NCBI GenBank assembly: GCA_964016885.1
Contig: OZ024752.1
Coordinates: 48,918,001-48,982,000, forward strand
Length of the DNA stretch: 64,000 bases
DNA from: Eledone cirrhosa
Lineage: Eukaryota
Reading direction: 5' to 3'
Each line of letters opens with the position of its first letter. Positions within the stretch are counted from its first letter, which is position 1. This document shows, in pieces, positions 1 through 11,962 of this stretch. The notes under the pieces were generated by a model. It did no database searches. It saw only the letters and a list, made by a program, of their open reading frames with translations, and was not told where the DNA came from. The position numbers and the translations under genes are program-made.

Positions 1-420
1 ATCTCGGCAGGATTTGCCAATAATAAAGATGATAATAATTGTTTCTACTTTTGGTTGGCACAAGGCCAGCAATTACCCCAGTGTATTACTGGTACTTTAT
101 TTTATCGACCCCCGTAAGGATGTAGGGTAGGGCAAAGTTAATCTCGGCAGGATTTGCCAATAATAAAGATAATAATTGTTTCTACTTTTGGTTGGCACAA
201 GGCCAGCAATTACCCCAGTGTATTACTGGTACTTTATTTTATCGACCCCCGTAAGGATGTAGGGTAGGGCAAAGTTAATCTCGGCAGGATTTGCCAATAA
301 TAAAGATGATAATAATTGTTTCTACTTTTGGTTGGCACAAGGCCAGCAATTACCCCAGTGTATTACTGGTACTTTATTTTATCGACCCCCATAAGGATGT
401 AGGGCAAAGTTAATCTCGAC
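1..420 (-). repeat. Three tandem ~140-bp copies of the 3' half of SINE family A
   Basis: Unit atctcggcaggatttgccaataat...ggcacaaggccagcaattaccccagtg...ggcaaagtta recurs at ~1, ~141 and ~278; matches the SINE-A body and tail elsewhere in the window. Confidence 0.85.
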
Positions 421-432
421 ACGATTTGCCAA

Positions 433-1080
433 TAATAATGGTTTCTTATATAGGCACAAGGCCAGTAATTTGGGGGGGAGGGGGAAGTCGATTAAATCGA
501 CCCCAGTGCGTGACCGGTACTTTATTTTATCGACCTCCGTAAGGATGAAAGGCAAAGTTAACCTCGGCAGGATTTGAACCTAGATCAGAAAGGGGCGTAA
601 CTCTGTGCTGCAAAGCATGGCGTCCGACCCTCTACTGATACTGCCAAACCACAACAGGCCATTCAATAATAATAGCTTGTCAATAATAATAATAATAATT
701 GTTTCTACTTTTTGGCACAAGGCCAGCAATTACCCCAGTGGATTACTGGTACTTTATTTTATCGACCCCGTAAGGATGAAAGGCAAAGTTAACCTCGGTG
801 GGAGTTGAACTCAGAACGTAAAGGGCCATGAATCTATGCTGCAAAGCATGGTGCCCGACACTCTACTGATACTGCCAAACCAAGAAATAATTGTTTCTAC
901 GTTTGGCACAAGGCCAGCAATTACCCCAGTGCATTACTGGTACTTTATTTTATCGACCCCGTAAATATCAAAGGCAAAGTGAACCTCGGCGGGATTTGAA
1001 CTCAGATCATAAATGGACGTAACTCTATGCTGCAATGCATGGTGTCCGACCTTCTACTGATACTGCCAATACCCCGCCAA
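433..1080 (-). mobile_element. Cluster of three tRNA-derived SINE family A copies (~433-650, ~695-880, ~886-1080)
   Basis: Minus strand shows A-box-like tggcagtatc(a/g)g and B-box-like gttcaaatcc, core gcctttcatccttacggggtcgataaaataaagtaccag, and tail ggccttgtgccaaaagtagaaacaattatt. Confidence 0.85.
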
Positions 1081-1141
1081 TCCTAGAAATAATGTCACTG
1101 TATATAGTTTGACATTAAAACCTTGGTAGGTTTTCATTAAA

Positions 1142-1500
1142 TTACTCTTCCATCTTCTTGTTCCAGACGTCCTGACCTCTCATTGCAGCAAGGAGATCCC
1201 ATCTAATGAGGTCAATGTCCCTCACCAGTAGAGTCCAGATGGTTATATTCCGACATCTTCCTTGGCACTTTGCATCTGATAACAAGAAAAGCAGTTTCCT
1301 TGCAGATTCATCATGGCAGGAAACATGACTAACAAGAGTCAAGTAACGGGACTGAATGTTCGATGAAACTTGTGGCAGATCACCATAAATAACTTTATTG
1401 GTAGTGTGACTTTGCCATAAAATGTTGCACACCACATGTAACATCTTGGTCTAGAAACCATCAGGTGTCCTTGAGCGAGCAATACTGAAAGTCCAGGATT
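1142..1500 (-). pseudogene. Decayed RTE-clade LINE ORF C-terminal fragment
   Basis: Translation ...IYGDLPQVSSNIQSRYLTLVSHVSCHDESARKLL...GRCRNIT...RDIDL...AAMRGQDVW parallels the 22.7-23.3 kb fragment (LYGSLPKVSSRVAQRRLRLAGHVHRH...GRPRLTY...AAMMRDRDRW). Confidence 0.65.
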
Positions 1501-1552
1501 GTGTTTGAATCTTAAAGAACCACAGTTTTATAAAAAAATTTGATTAATTAAG

Positions 1553-1883
1553 TGATCATCATCATCATTTTACGTCCGCTTTTCCCTGCTTGCAAGGGTG
1601 GGACGGGAACTGATTCTGGCTTGATTTCTACAGCTGGATGCCCTTCCTAACACCAACCTCATTTACAGTGAGTGCTGGGTGCTTTTTTGCCGTGGCACCT
1701 CCACGACCACTTTGCAGTGGAATGATAGGGACCCCAGTCCCTATCATCTCATTTCTACAGCTGAGTAAACTGGAGCAATAAAGTGTCTTGCTCAAGGAAA
1801 CAACACATCACCCGGTCTGAGAATTGAACTCACAACCTTTCGATTGCAAGGCCAATGCTCTAACCACTAAACCATGTGCCTCC
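1553..1883 (-). mobile_element. tRNA-derived SINE family B (CORE-like body, RTE-type tail, (GAT)n end)
   Basis: Head ggaggcacatgg.ttagtggttagagc...gagttcaattc, body ccttgagcaagacacttta, tail cccgtcccacccttgcaagcagggaaaagcggacgtaaaatgatgat; near-identical copies elsewhere. Confidence 0.9.
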
Positions 1884-2109
1884 ATATATATATAATAATT
1901 TCTTAAATATTTTCGCTATTATGGAAACAACCAAAGCAGTGGAGAGGATTGTATACTGACATGATCTATAGTATGATCTGGTATGGGTGTAGACTGTATA
2001 GTGGGAAATGACGGTGTAGTAATTTGGTTAGTGTCATCTGAGCAAAAAAGTGTCAAAAAATTTGGTTTGAAATTATTGTATCTTTTCTTGTAATTCAAAG
2101 GGACAGCTG

Positions 2110-2380
2110 CGTCACACACACTGTAAAGTTGAGTCTCCCTGAGAATTATATTAAGTGTACACGAGTCTGTGGACTGCTCAGCCACTTACAGTATAGTAAA
2201 AGATGGACTGTACCTCTAATTCGAAGAGTTAAGTTTTGTCACACACTATGTAAAGCTGAATCTCCCTGAGAATTACATCAAGTGTACATATATCTGAGGA
2301 ATATTCAGCCACATACCTATAGTACAAGATGAACTCTACCTGTAATTCATTCTACATATCTGTGGAGTACTCAGCCACTT
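2110..2380. repeat. Diverged ~127-bp direct duplication plus a partial third copy
   Basis: gtcacacac...gtaaag.tga.tctccctgagaatta at ~2111 and ~2238; tctgtgga.t.ctcagccactt again at ~2360. Confidence 0.7.
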
Positions 2381-2899
2381 TGCAGTAATTTCATGAGCAG
2401 GCTATTCCATTGATCAAACAACTGGAACACTCATCATTGAAACTGATGGAGGTCCATTCCAGTATATATAATAAAATATAACATAAATATAATAAAATAA
2501 AATAAAATACAATAATATACAATAAAATAAAATAAAATAAAATAAAAAAATTCCCCAGATATTCTCTCTTCGCATTCCATAAAAGAAAGTAAGCAACGCA
2601 AAGCAAAGCAGAGAAAACTTTGGAAAGGAACATAGATAGATGTGTTTGCCTCGTGTTTGTGCCTTAGTCCCCAGCTAGCAACAAAAAGAAATTTGATTAG
2701 AACCTAAACTAACTTATTTACTGGCTAATGGATACAGCTTTTGATTCACTAAGAATACTACAACACAACAGCACTATATACAACATTACACCACTATATA
2801 CAACACTACACCACTAAACAGAACAGAAAAGCAATTAGCAGCAATTGCGTTAAATTCTCTAATGTAATAAGGACAAGCTTTGCAATCAGTAATTGATAG

Positions 2900-3425
2900 A
2901 TATACACATATAGATGTGTGTGTATATGTGCATATATATATATATGTATGTATGTATGTATATATGTATATATATATTTTTATATATGTATATATATGTA
3001 CATATATATATATATATGTATGTATATATGTATATATGTATATATATATTTTTTTATATATGTATATAAATATGAACTTATATATATATGTATGATTATA
3101 TTTATGTATATATATATATTTTTATATATGTATATATATATATGTACTTATATATATATATATTTATATATATATTTTTATTTATATGTATATATATATG
3201 TATTATATATATATATATATTTATATATGTATATATATATATGTATGTATATATATATACATATATAAAAATATATATTTTTATATATGTATATATATGT
3301 ACTTATATATATCTATATATCTATATATATCTATATATGTATATATATATAATGTATGTAATATATATATATATATTCATATACATACATATATATATAT
3401 GTAATATATATATATATATATATGT

Positions 3426-3457
<32 letters not shown>

Positions 3458-3736
3458 AGGTATATATATGTATGTTTATGTGTATATATATATATGTATA
3501 TATATGTATATATATATGCGTGTATATAGATTTACACATATATATATATATATATATATATACTTTATATATATATATATATATATATAAAGTGTATATA
3601 TAAAATCATACATCTATGTATCTACACCCATACACATATGGATGTATGTTCATAGACATCTACATTACACATCTTTAAATATACATACATGCAAAGGTTT
3701 ATTTATATCAACATGACGCATCTGAGTATATATCTA

Positions 3737-3773
<37 letters not shown>

Positions 3774-3774
3774 A

Positions 3775-3820
<46 letters not shown>

Positions 3821-3828
3821 TACACATG

Positions 3829-3863
<35 letters not shown>

Positions 3864-3996
3864 GTATATATATCTATATATTCATGTATGTATACATGTT
3901 TATAATCAAATCTACACCCTACATTCTTCCACCAGGTTTTTTCAATACATTCATGTATTTGTGTGTGGACACACATATATATATATATATATATAA

Positions 3997-4031
<35 letters not shown>

Positions 4032-4129
4032 CGCAAATTCATACATATACAAATGAGTATACATGCATACTAACATATACATGTACATGCCAATATATCT
4101 GTACAGACACAGAGAGAGAGAGAGAGAGA

Positions 4130-4178
<49 letters not shown>

Positions 4179-4196
4179 TTAAATATACACCAATAT

Positions 4197-4273
<77 letters not shown>

Positions 4274-4330
4274 CATAGGCATATAAATATACAAACACTC
4301 ACACAGACACACAAATATACGTGAAATGTT
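2900..4330. repeat. Compound (TA)n/(TG)n/(CA)n microsatellite field
   Basis: Directly visible; source of the Y/I/C/M/V-rich ORFs. Confidence 0.95.
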
Positions 4331-4795
4331 TATATAGATAGAAGTATGAACTTTTGCTCTTGATAAATATATATATAACATAAAACAAGGCTAAGATCTC
4401 TAGAAAAGGAGGCTACAAAAGTACAGCTATATCCCTGTTGTAGCCATACAACATCATACAAAATATACTTCTGGGGAATGACCTCTATCACATATTTTAC
4501 CTTTCACCTCTCACCTCTCAGTCAAAATGGCTAATAACCTATTTGTGGGCTCTGCTGATTAAGAATAATCAAGAAATATACACTGTTCATTCTCACAAGA
4601 GTTCTAAAAAATTAACTAATTAATTTACCTGTGTATATATATGTGTGTGTGTATGTGTATGTGTTGTAGTGTATCTGTATATATATATATATATATATAA
4701 ATGGACTAATTCCGTCGGAAAGGTCCAGGAAAAAAGAGTGCTCTATGTAGGTTATAGAGCTTATTAGTTATGTAATAAACAACATAAGATAATTA

Positions 4796-4855
4796 TTTCA
4801 TTTACCAGTGGTTTCTTGAAAGCAAACAAATTTGCTTTCAGTCATCAGAATGAAA
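4796..4855 (-). ncRNA. Type I hammerhead ribozyme motif
   Basis: Minus strand: tttcatt CTGATGA c-tgaaagcaaa-tttg-tttgctttca-a GAAA cc-act-gg TA aatgaaa. 7-bp stem I, 10-bp stem II, short stem III, GUA triplet. Confidence 0.8.
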
Positions 4856-4868
4856 AAATCCTGGTGTT

Positions 4869-4899
<31 letters not shown>

Positions 4900-5020
4900 C
4901 GTTAAGACCCTCTTCCTGCTATTTCAAGCGTTAATCTAATATATTCCTTCCCTATACTGTACTGATTGTGTTGTTATTTCCGTTTACCTTTTAGATATAT
5001 ATATATATATAAAACAAAGA

Positions 5021-5184
5021 AAGTACTCAATACTTAGGGTAATAGAGGGGGTAATAGGAAAATAGTCAGGACCCTGACGGCTGGGCTCCGGTCGTTACGA
5101 CAGCTACATCCAAATATGGATCTAAACTTTGAATTTAGCTGCTGAAATGGCCGGAGCTCAGCCGTCGGGGTCCTGACTCTTTTC
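5021..5184. mobile_element. (TA)n-flanked repeat family F with terminal fold-back (arms ~5058-5105 and ~5137-5184)
   Basis: Shares agtactcaatacttagggta.tagag with copies at ~22401 and ~30392; imperfect inverted repeat visible. Confidence 0.7.
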
Positions 5185-5223
<39 letters not shown>

Positions 5224-5351
5224 ATTATCTGAAGAAGTGTCGATTAAGAGTTGGGATCCAATCACATGATCAAACCTAAGCTGATCGATATTTATTATAT
5301 GTAATAAAGTTTACAAAATGCTGCAATTTTTATTATCAATTTATATATACA

Positions 5352-5392
<41 letters not shown>

Positions 5393-5399
5393 TAATAAT

Positions 5400-5576
5400 T
5401 ATTATTTTTACTTTAGGCACAAGGCCAGCAATTACCCAGTGCATTACTGGTACTTTATTTTATCGACCCCGTAAGGATGAAAGGCAAAGTCAACCTCGGC
5501 GGGATTTGAACTCAGATCGTAAAGGGAGGTAACTATGCTGGAAAGCATGGCGTCCGGCCCTCTACCGATACTGCCA
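5400..5576 (-). mobile_element. SINE family A copy
   Basis: Same head, core and tail as other family A copies. Confidence 0.85.
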
Positions 5577-5665
5577 TAATAATAATAATAAATTTGAAGA
5601 CTAAAATCCAAAGAGAGCTCGATAAGGATAAATATATATCAAATATATAAGAACCATAGAGCAAA

Positions 5666-5852
5666 TATTTATTAAAATAACAGATTAAAGTTTAAGCAAA
5701 GAATCGCTGCTTTCACCCTTAAGGGCTCAAGAAAGATTATATATATATAAATATATATAAAAACTGTAGAGTAAATAGAGTTTCAGAAGATCCCGTTAAG
5801 GGTGAAAGCAGCAATTCTTTGCTTAAACTTTAATCTGTTATTTTAATAAATA
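5666..5852. repeat. ~60-bp-arm inverted duplication containing a decayed hammerhead-like motif (~5777-5818)
   Basis: tatttattaaaataacag...tttcacccttaaggg versus cccgttaagggtgaaagc...ttaataaata; cAgaaga tccc-gttaa-gggt GAAA has a mutated core. Confidence 0.6.
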
Positions 5853-6380
5853 TATATATATTAGAGCCACGTCACAGTGGGATTGAGCCTGTGACCGTAA
5901 GGCTGTGGCTGTGTGAGGCTAAATACTAAACTCCACATCTATGACTTGATAGACAAATATATCAGCCATGAAAGGAAACCAACCCCATTCCTGACCCTAA
6001 AGCTATCCATCTGATAACTTAACTTTATCAACATTTACTGGACATTTCACTTTTGTTATATTTTCCTGCTGTTGTTCCAAGCCAACCATATTTCTTCAAT
6101 TTCACTTCTTTTCTTGGCATGGCAGTGAATTAATAAAGATATCGCATCTGATCAGAAGGGTCTATGAGTGAATATATATTATTGTTTAAGCAAACTGATC
6201 CATCATCTCTTGCTTCTTCACTGAATAAAGATATTCTGGCAATGATATGGCTTTTACACAACAGCAGATATTAACTGTTGGCTTTTGATTGCAAGCTCAG
6301 CTGACTTTACCTAGTGGTGGCATTATATACATGCAGATATACATATAATCATGCAGGTACACATGCACCCACCCACTGAC

Positions 6381-6442
<62 letters not shown>

Positions 6443-6554
6443 TAAGAGGAATTCCAACTTTGTCTGATTTACTCGTTTTATTTACAATCCTTTAAAATTT
6501 ATAATGGTATTATAATGAAATAGTATGGTAGAATATTAAATGTTAAGTGTTAAT

Positions 6555-6593
6555 TGAACAAGTACTTTCATGCTTTCGCAATCTTCAGGTTCA
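6555..6593 (-). ncRNA. Minimal type I hammerhead motif (left arm of fold-back)
   Basis: Minus strand: tgaac CTGAAGA t-tgc-gaaa-gca-t GAAA g-ta-c TT gttca; palindromic stem III region (aagtactt). Confidence 0.75.
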
Positions 6594-6632
6594 TAATGTG
6601 TGGTGACAGTCAAGTTTGCAATTTCAACATTA

Positions 6633-6671
6633 TGAACCTGAAGATTGCGAAAGCATGAAACTACTTGTTCA
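6633..6671 (+). ncRNA. Minimal type I hammerhead motif (right arm; stem III G>C mismatch)
   Basis: tgaac CTGAAGA ttgcgaaagcat GAAA ctac TT gttca. Confidence 0.6.
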
Positions 6672-6847
6672 ATTAACACTTAACATTTAATATTCTATCA
6701 TACTATTTCATTATAATACCATTATAAATTTTAAAGGATTGTAAATAAAACGAGTAAATCAGACACAGTTGGAATTCCTCTTATTAATATAATCTTCTAT
6801 ACACAATCACATACACCCGTGTATATTTATCTATCTATCTATATATA

Positions 6848-6897
<50 letters not shown>

Positions 6898-6911
6898 TAT
6901 ATATATATATA

Positions 6912-6963
<52 letters not shown>

Positions 6964-7062
6964 TATATATATATATATTAATATATACATATGGAAAAGA
7001 TAAAGTAAAGAAGAGTGCTCTATGTATAGTACAGAGCTATTTAATTACGTAATAAACAACAC

Positions 7063-7152
7063 AATATAATTATTCCATTACCAAAGGTTTCAGGAAACTA
7101 GACGATCCTTATAAAAACATCCAGCTTGTTTATCAGATGAAATAGTTATATT
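7063..7152 (-). ncRNA. Hammerhead motif with G8>A core change, same family as 4796-4855
   Basis: Minus strand: aatataactatttcat CTGATAA ... GAAA cc-ttt-gg TA atggaataattatatt; flank aagagtgctctatgta...gtaataaacaac is shared with 4735-4783. Confidence 0.6.
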
Positions 7153-7194
7153 TTGGATATAAGATTTGAAAGTAATATCTATTAAAAATGAAAG

Positions 7195-7435
7195 TGAGGT
7201 CGAGTTAAAATAACATCTTATATACAGTTCTTTTAATATCAGGGTTAGTTGATTGTCAGTATTGTATTTTATCACCACATTCAATCAACTAGGGTGTAAT
7301 AAGGCTTAAGGAATCAACATCAGTTGAACCTTTTCAGGTAAGATCTGGTGTCACATAATCTGGTACTCAATGGAATATTGGTTTGCTCATAAATAACAAG
7401 ACATAGTTTTATATATTATAAGGTATATGATATGC
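7195..7435 (-). pseudogene. Frameshifted GIY-YIG endonuclease remnant of a Penelope-like element
   Basis: Minus-strand reading across frameshifts: HIIYLIIYK/LCLVIYEQTNIPLSTRLCD/HRSY ... LILKELYIR. Resembles the PLE pattern IYxIxCxxCxxxYIGQTxxxLxxRxxxH...KExxxI and lies directly 5' of a hammerhead on the same strand. Confidence 0.5.
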
Positions 7436-7540
7436 AGACTCTGGTAGAGGAGTTATTGGTTGTCCAACATTGAATCAACAAATGTTGAGTGAATAAAATG
7501 CCATCTGATGATGCTGTGTCAGACTTACGTAATCTATTTA

Positions 7541-7715
7541 TAATTGTTTATACTTTTTGACACAAGGCCAGCAATTATCCCAGTGTATTACTGGTACTTT
7601 ATTTTATCGACCCTGTAAGGATGAAAGGCAGAGTTAACTTTGGCGGGATTTGAACTCAGACCATAAAGGGCCGTAACTCTTTTCTGCGTCCGACCCTCTA
7701 CCAGTACTGCCAATC
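7541..7715 (-). mobile_element. SINE family A copy
   Basis: Family A core and tail. Confidence 0.8.
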
Positions 7716-7891
7716 CTATTTATAATGACTCTGAAATGTACATAATAGTTGTTAATCAGTAAATTGAAATATGGAAATGCAGAACCATGTGATCATATAT
7801 ATATATATATTAATATGTGTGTGTGTATTTGTATATCTATTTCTCTCTGCCTCTCTCTCCCTCCCTAAATATATAATATATATATATATAT

Positions 7892-7946
<55 letters not shown>

Positions 7947-8267
7947 CATATATATATAGAGAGGCTTCAGAGCCTTCAATAGACAATAATGAAAACACTT
8001 TTAACACATTATGTTGGAATTTCAATATTGAAATTATTAATCATATTATATAGGAACTTGAACAAAAGACAAATAATTTTAATTGTTTATAACCAAACAA
8101 AAACAAAAGATTCAGGTTGGAAGAAAAGATTAGATTAGATTATAATTGTTTTCAAAGGATTTTCTATTATTTTATATTTTTTTTTTCCATTTAATTTCTA
8201 GGTACATTTGTTTATCGGTTTACTTTTTTGTGATGTATGTTTCATTGCAATTATCTCATATATTTAT

Positions 8268-8318
<51 letters not shown>

Positions 8319-8528
8319 CTGTGTGTGTACTAAATCATGTTAGGATAATTTGTAGACTAGTCAGGACTTGTCAACAATAATCTTTTGTCAAGTATTAAAA
8401 ATGTATTTATATTAAAATATATATATATATATATACACATATTATTATATTCTTTATATATATGTGTGTGGATTGGAAATCCAGTACAGCAGAAAGGGTA
8501 TGAAAAAAAAAAAATGATTAAAGTAAGT

Positions 8529-8718
8529 GAAGAAGAAGAAGAAGAAGAAGAAGAAGAAGAAGAAGAAGAAGAAGAAGAAGAAGAAGAAGAAGAAGAAGAA
8601 GAAGAAGAAGAAGAAGAAGAAGAAGAAGAAGAAGGAGAAGAAGATGAAGAAGACGAAGAAGAAGAAGAAGAAGAAGAAGAAGAAGAAGAAGAAGAAGAAG
8701 AAGAAGAAAAAGAAGAAA
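8529..8718. repeat. (GAA)n microsatellite
   Basis: Directly visible; gives the poly-E, poly-K and poly-L ORFs. Confidence 0.95.
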
Positions 8719-9026
8719 ATGGTGATGGTGATGGTGGTGATACAATCTAAAACTGTTTAATGTAAATGTGAATGAGATAATATTTTGATAGAAAACTATA
8801 GACAAAAATACATCTAAAATACTACAATATTTTCATGTCTGTTATTTGATCACCTGCAAGGTAAGAAAATAAAGGAATCAATAATTATTTTTATTATTAT
8901 TATTGTTGTTTCTACTTTAGGCACAAGGCCAGCAATTTGAAGTGAAGGGGAAGTCGATTTAATCAACCCCTGTGCATATATATATATTATATATATACAG
9001 AATATAAATATATGTGTGTATATATA

Positions 9027-9182
9027 TCATCATCATCATTTTACGTCTGCTTTTCCCTGCTTGTAAGGGTGGGACGGGTCCTATTCAGCACAGCATCTCT
9101 CCACTTGTCACGGTCCTTCGTCATCTCCTCCATGAGTTTCAGTGATCTGAGGTCTGCTCTCACCACCTCCGCCCATGTTTTT
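9027..9182 (-). mobile_element. RTE LINE 3' end whose tail matches the SINE-B tail
   Basis: Minus translation KTWAEVVRADLRSLKLMEEMTKDRDKWRDAVLNRTRP aligns with the end of the 60.6-kb ORF (MTWDEVIKADL...MTHDRDFWRHAVIQGTRP); ends cccgtcccaccctt.caagcagggaaaagc.gacgtaaaatgatgat. Confidence 0.8.
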
Positions 9183-9191
9183 CATGTGTAT

Positions 9192-9528
9192 ATAATAATA
9201 ATAATGAAATTATTGTGTAAAGTGCTAAGGTGCACTACAACTCGTCAAAGGTGTATGTATAGTACATAGAATAATACACAAATGTCAGGGAAGTACATGT
9301 GTGTATGTGTTAGCTGTAGTGTTACCGGATCTCGGGAAGCATGGAGGCCTTAAAGGATGCAGTGTCTCGACAGCTAACAACTGATGCAGGTAGTTTGTTC
9401 CATGCTTCAGCAACTCTGAGCGTGAAAAAATGTTTCCGAAAGTCATGGGAACTGTGCTGTTTTCTTACTTTGTGGGCATGTCCACGTGTGTTAGACACAT
9501 GGAAATCAAAAAGGCACTCAGGGTTGTT
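9192..9528 (-). mobile_element. CR1/L2-group LINE 3' fragment with 3' UTR and (TTA)n tail
   Basis: TRGHAHKVRKQHSSHDFRKHFFTLRVAEAWNKLPASVVSCRDTASFKA is the typical CR1-group ORF2 C-terminus; a short piece of the same tail recurs at ~29486-29528. Confidence 0.8.
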
Positions 9529-9639
9529 GTATATATCTATATATACATACATGTGTGTGTATGAATATATATAGATATTTCTACACTATGCATAGTCAGT
9601 AATAGAAATGATGATGATAACGATAGTAATAATAATAAT

Positions 9640-9831
9640 AATAATTGTTTCTACTTTTGGCACAAGGCCAGCAATTATCCCAGTACATTACTGGTACTTT
9701 ATTTTATCGACCCCATATGGATGAAAGGCAAAGTTAACCTCGGCGGGATTTGAACTCAGACCATAAAGGGACGTAACTATGCTGGAAAGCATGGCGTCCG
9801 ACCCTCTACCGATACTGCCAATCCACCGCCC
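9640..9831 (-). mobile_element. Full-length SINE family A copy in (TAA)n
   Basis: Head gggcggtggattggcagtatcggtagaggg through to tail, flanked by (AAT)n on both sides. Confidence 0.9.
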
Positions 9832-9865
<34 letters not shown>

Positions 9866-10422
9866 GATAATAATAATAATTGAAGTTAACTCATCGGATT
9901 TGTCTAGTCTTGTTTTGTTGATGTTTAAAAGAGACAGAAAAAGAAAAAAAAATTGAGTAGAACATGATACAACATAGTCTTCTTTAAGTGGGGAGTAGTG
10001 AAGACTAAAATAACAGCTTAACCAAATAAACAATATAGAAACAATATAGAAATAATATAGAAGTAATATAAAAATAAAACAGTGAAGTTTTTTTTTTTTT
10101 TACTTAAAGATACAAAGATACTAGAAAGTTCTATGGAAACTTGTCCAATCTTGCTGGAGATTATCTTTTACTAATCCTCAGTACATAAGCTTCTATGTGA
10201 CTGAAAAGAAAGTTTATTTTAAGTGAAATTATATACATTATATATGTATGTATGTATATAGGTAGGTAGGTAGGTAGGTAGGTATGTATGTATGTATGTA
10301 TGTATGTATGTATGTATGTATGTATGTATGTATGTATGTATGTATGTATGTATGTATGCATGCATGTATGTATGGATGGATGTATGGTGATGTGCATGTG
10401 CTTGTATGCAAGTGACTATGCA

Positions 10423-10506
<84 letters not shown>

Positions 10507-10534
10507 GTGGTTACACAGCAGTTAGTTCACCATG

Positions 10535-10574
10535 CCGAGAACAATTGTTTCACCTTCGCGGATCTTCAGCTCAG
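10535..10574 (-). ncRNA. Minimal type I hammerhead motif
   Basis: Minus strand: ctgag CTGAAGA tcc-gcgaa-ggt GAAA c-aatt-g TT ctcgg; palindromic acaattgt; homologous copy at 53589-53631. Confidence 0.8.
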
Positions 10575-11013
10575 GATGTATATGGTTATAGGATGAGGAA
10601 GGACAACCGTACGAACACGCATGCGCAGAAACTCGGTCACTTCACACAGGCAATAGTAGACTGCGTGCGGGGGGGGGGGGTGTAAGGGAGATAACTGCGA
10701 AAGTCCGGAAAGTTTTTTGGTTGAAAATAAAATAAAAAAATTTAAAAATAAAATTACAAAGAATCAGTCCGAAGCCTTGTAGTTATGTAATAGATGTTTG
10801 GTGACGTGTGGACAACGTGTGAAAAATTCACTTCTCGTGTTTAGGCAATCACTATGTATATATATATACACACACAAATATATCTATATAGATATATATA
10901 CGTACATATACATTTACATATATCCATATATACATTTATATATACATGCATATATATTTGCATATAACCATTTATATATATATACATATATATATTATAT
11001 AAGCATATATATG

Positions 11014-11048
<35 letters not shown>

Positions 11049-11106
11049 GTATATATATGTATATACATATATTATATACATATGTATATATATACATACA
11101 TATATA

Positions 11107-11700
11107 TGATGATGATGATGCGATGAAATGATGATGATGATGATATAGTGATGAAATGGTGATGATGATGATATAGTGATGATGATATGGTGATGGAGAT
11201 GATGATGATATGGTGATGGTGATGATGATATGGTGATGGTGATGATGATGATGATATGGTGATGTGATGATGATGATATAGTGATGATATGGTGATGATG
11301 ATGATGATGATATGGTGATGGTGATGATGATATGGTGATGTGATGATATGGTGATGGTGATGATGATGATATAGTGATGATATGGTGATGGTGATGTGAT
11401 GATGATGATATAGTGATGATATGGTGAATTGATGATGATGATATAGTGATGATGACGATATGGTGATGATGATGATGGTGGTGATGATGATGATAATGAT
11501 GATATGGTGAAGATGATGATGATGACGATATGGTGATGATGATGATGATGATGATGATGGTGGTGATGATATGGTGTTGATGATGATGATAATGACGATA
11601 TGGTGAAGATGATGATGATGATGATGGTGGTGATGATATGGTGTTGATGATGATGATATAATAATGATGGTATGGTGATGGCAACGGTGATGATGATGAT
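11107..11700. repeat. Degenerate (GAT/GGT)n trinucleotide array
   Basis: Directly visible. Confidence 0.9.
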
Positions 11701-11962
11701 TGTTGAATTGCTGTGCTAAAATCTCAAGTATTGTTATCAACCAAAACCTGTGGCTGACAAGATGGCGTACTATCCAGAAAGGAGGGTATCTATGAAGCAG
11801 CTAATGACGTGAAAAGTTACTTAAGTCTTAGTATATATGGGGTCACCTTATGGGGTCACCTATGCTAACAAATACAAACAAAAACATACACACAAAAAAA
11901 AAAAATAAGAGAAAGAAAAAAGTTATTGTGAAAATAAATAAAATATATATATATATATATAT

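Larger units (their letters stand above)
6436..6790. repeat. Fold-back inverted duplication, ~164-bp arms, ~27-nt spacer, abutting (TA)n
   Basis: 6436-6599 is the near-perfect reverse complement of 6627-6790 with a few mismatches. Confidence 0.9.

Noticed and set aside
11755-11865. Promoter-like motifs (AAGATGGCG, TGACGT, duplicated atggggtcacct)
   Set aside because: Short motifs with no adjacent exon or other support.
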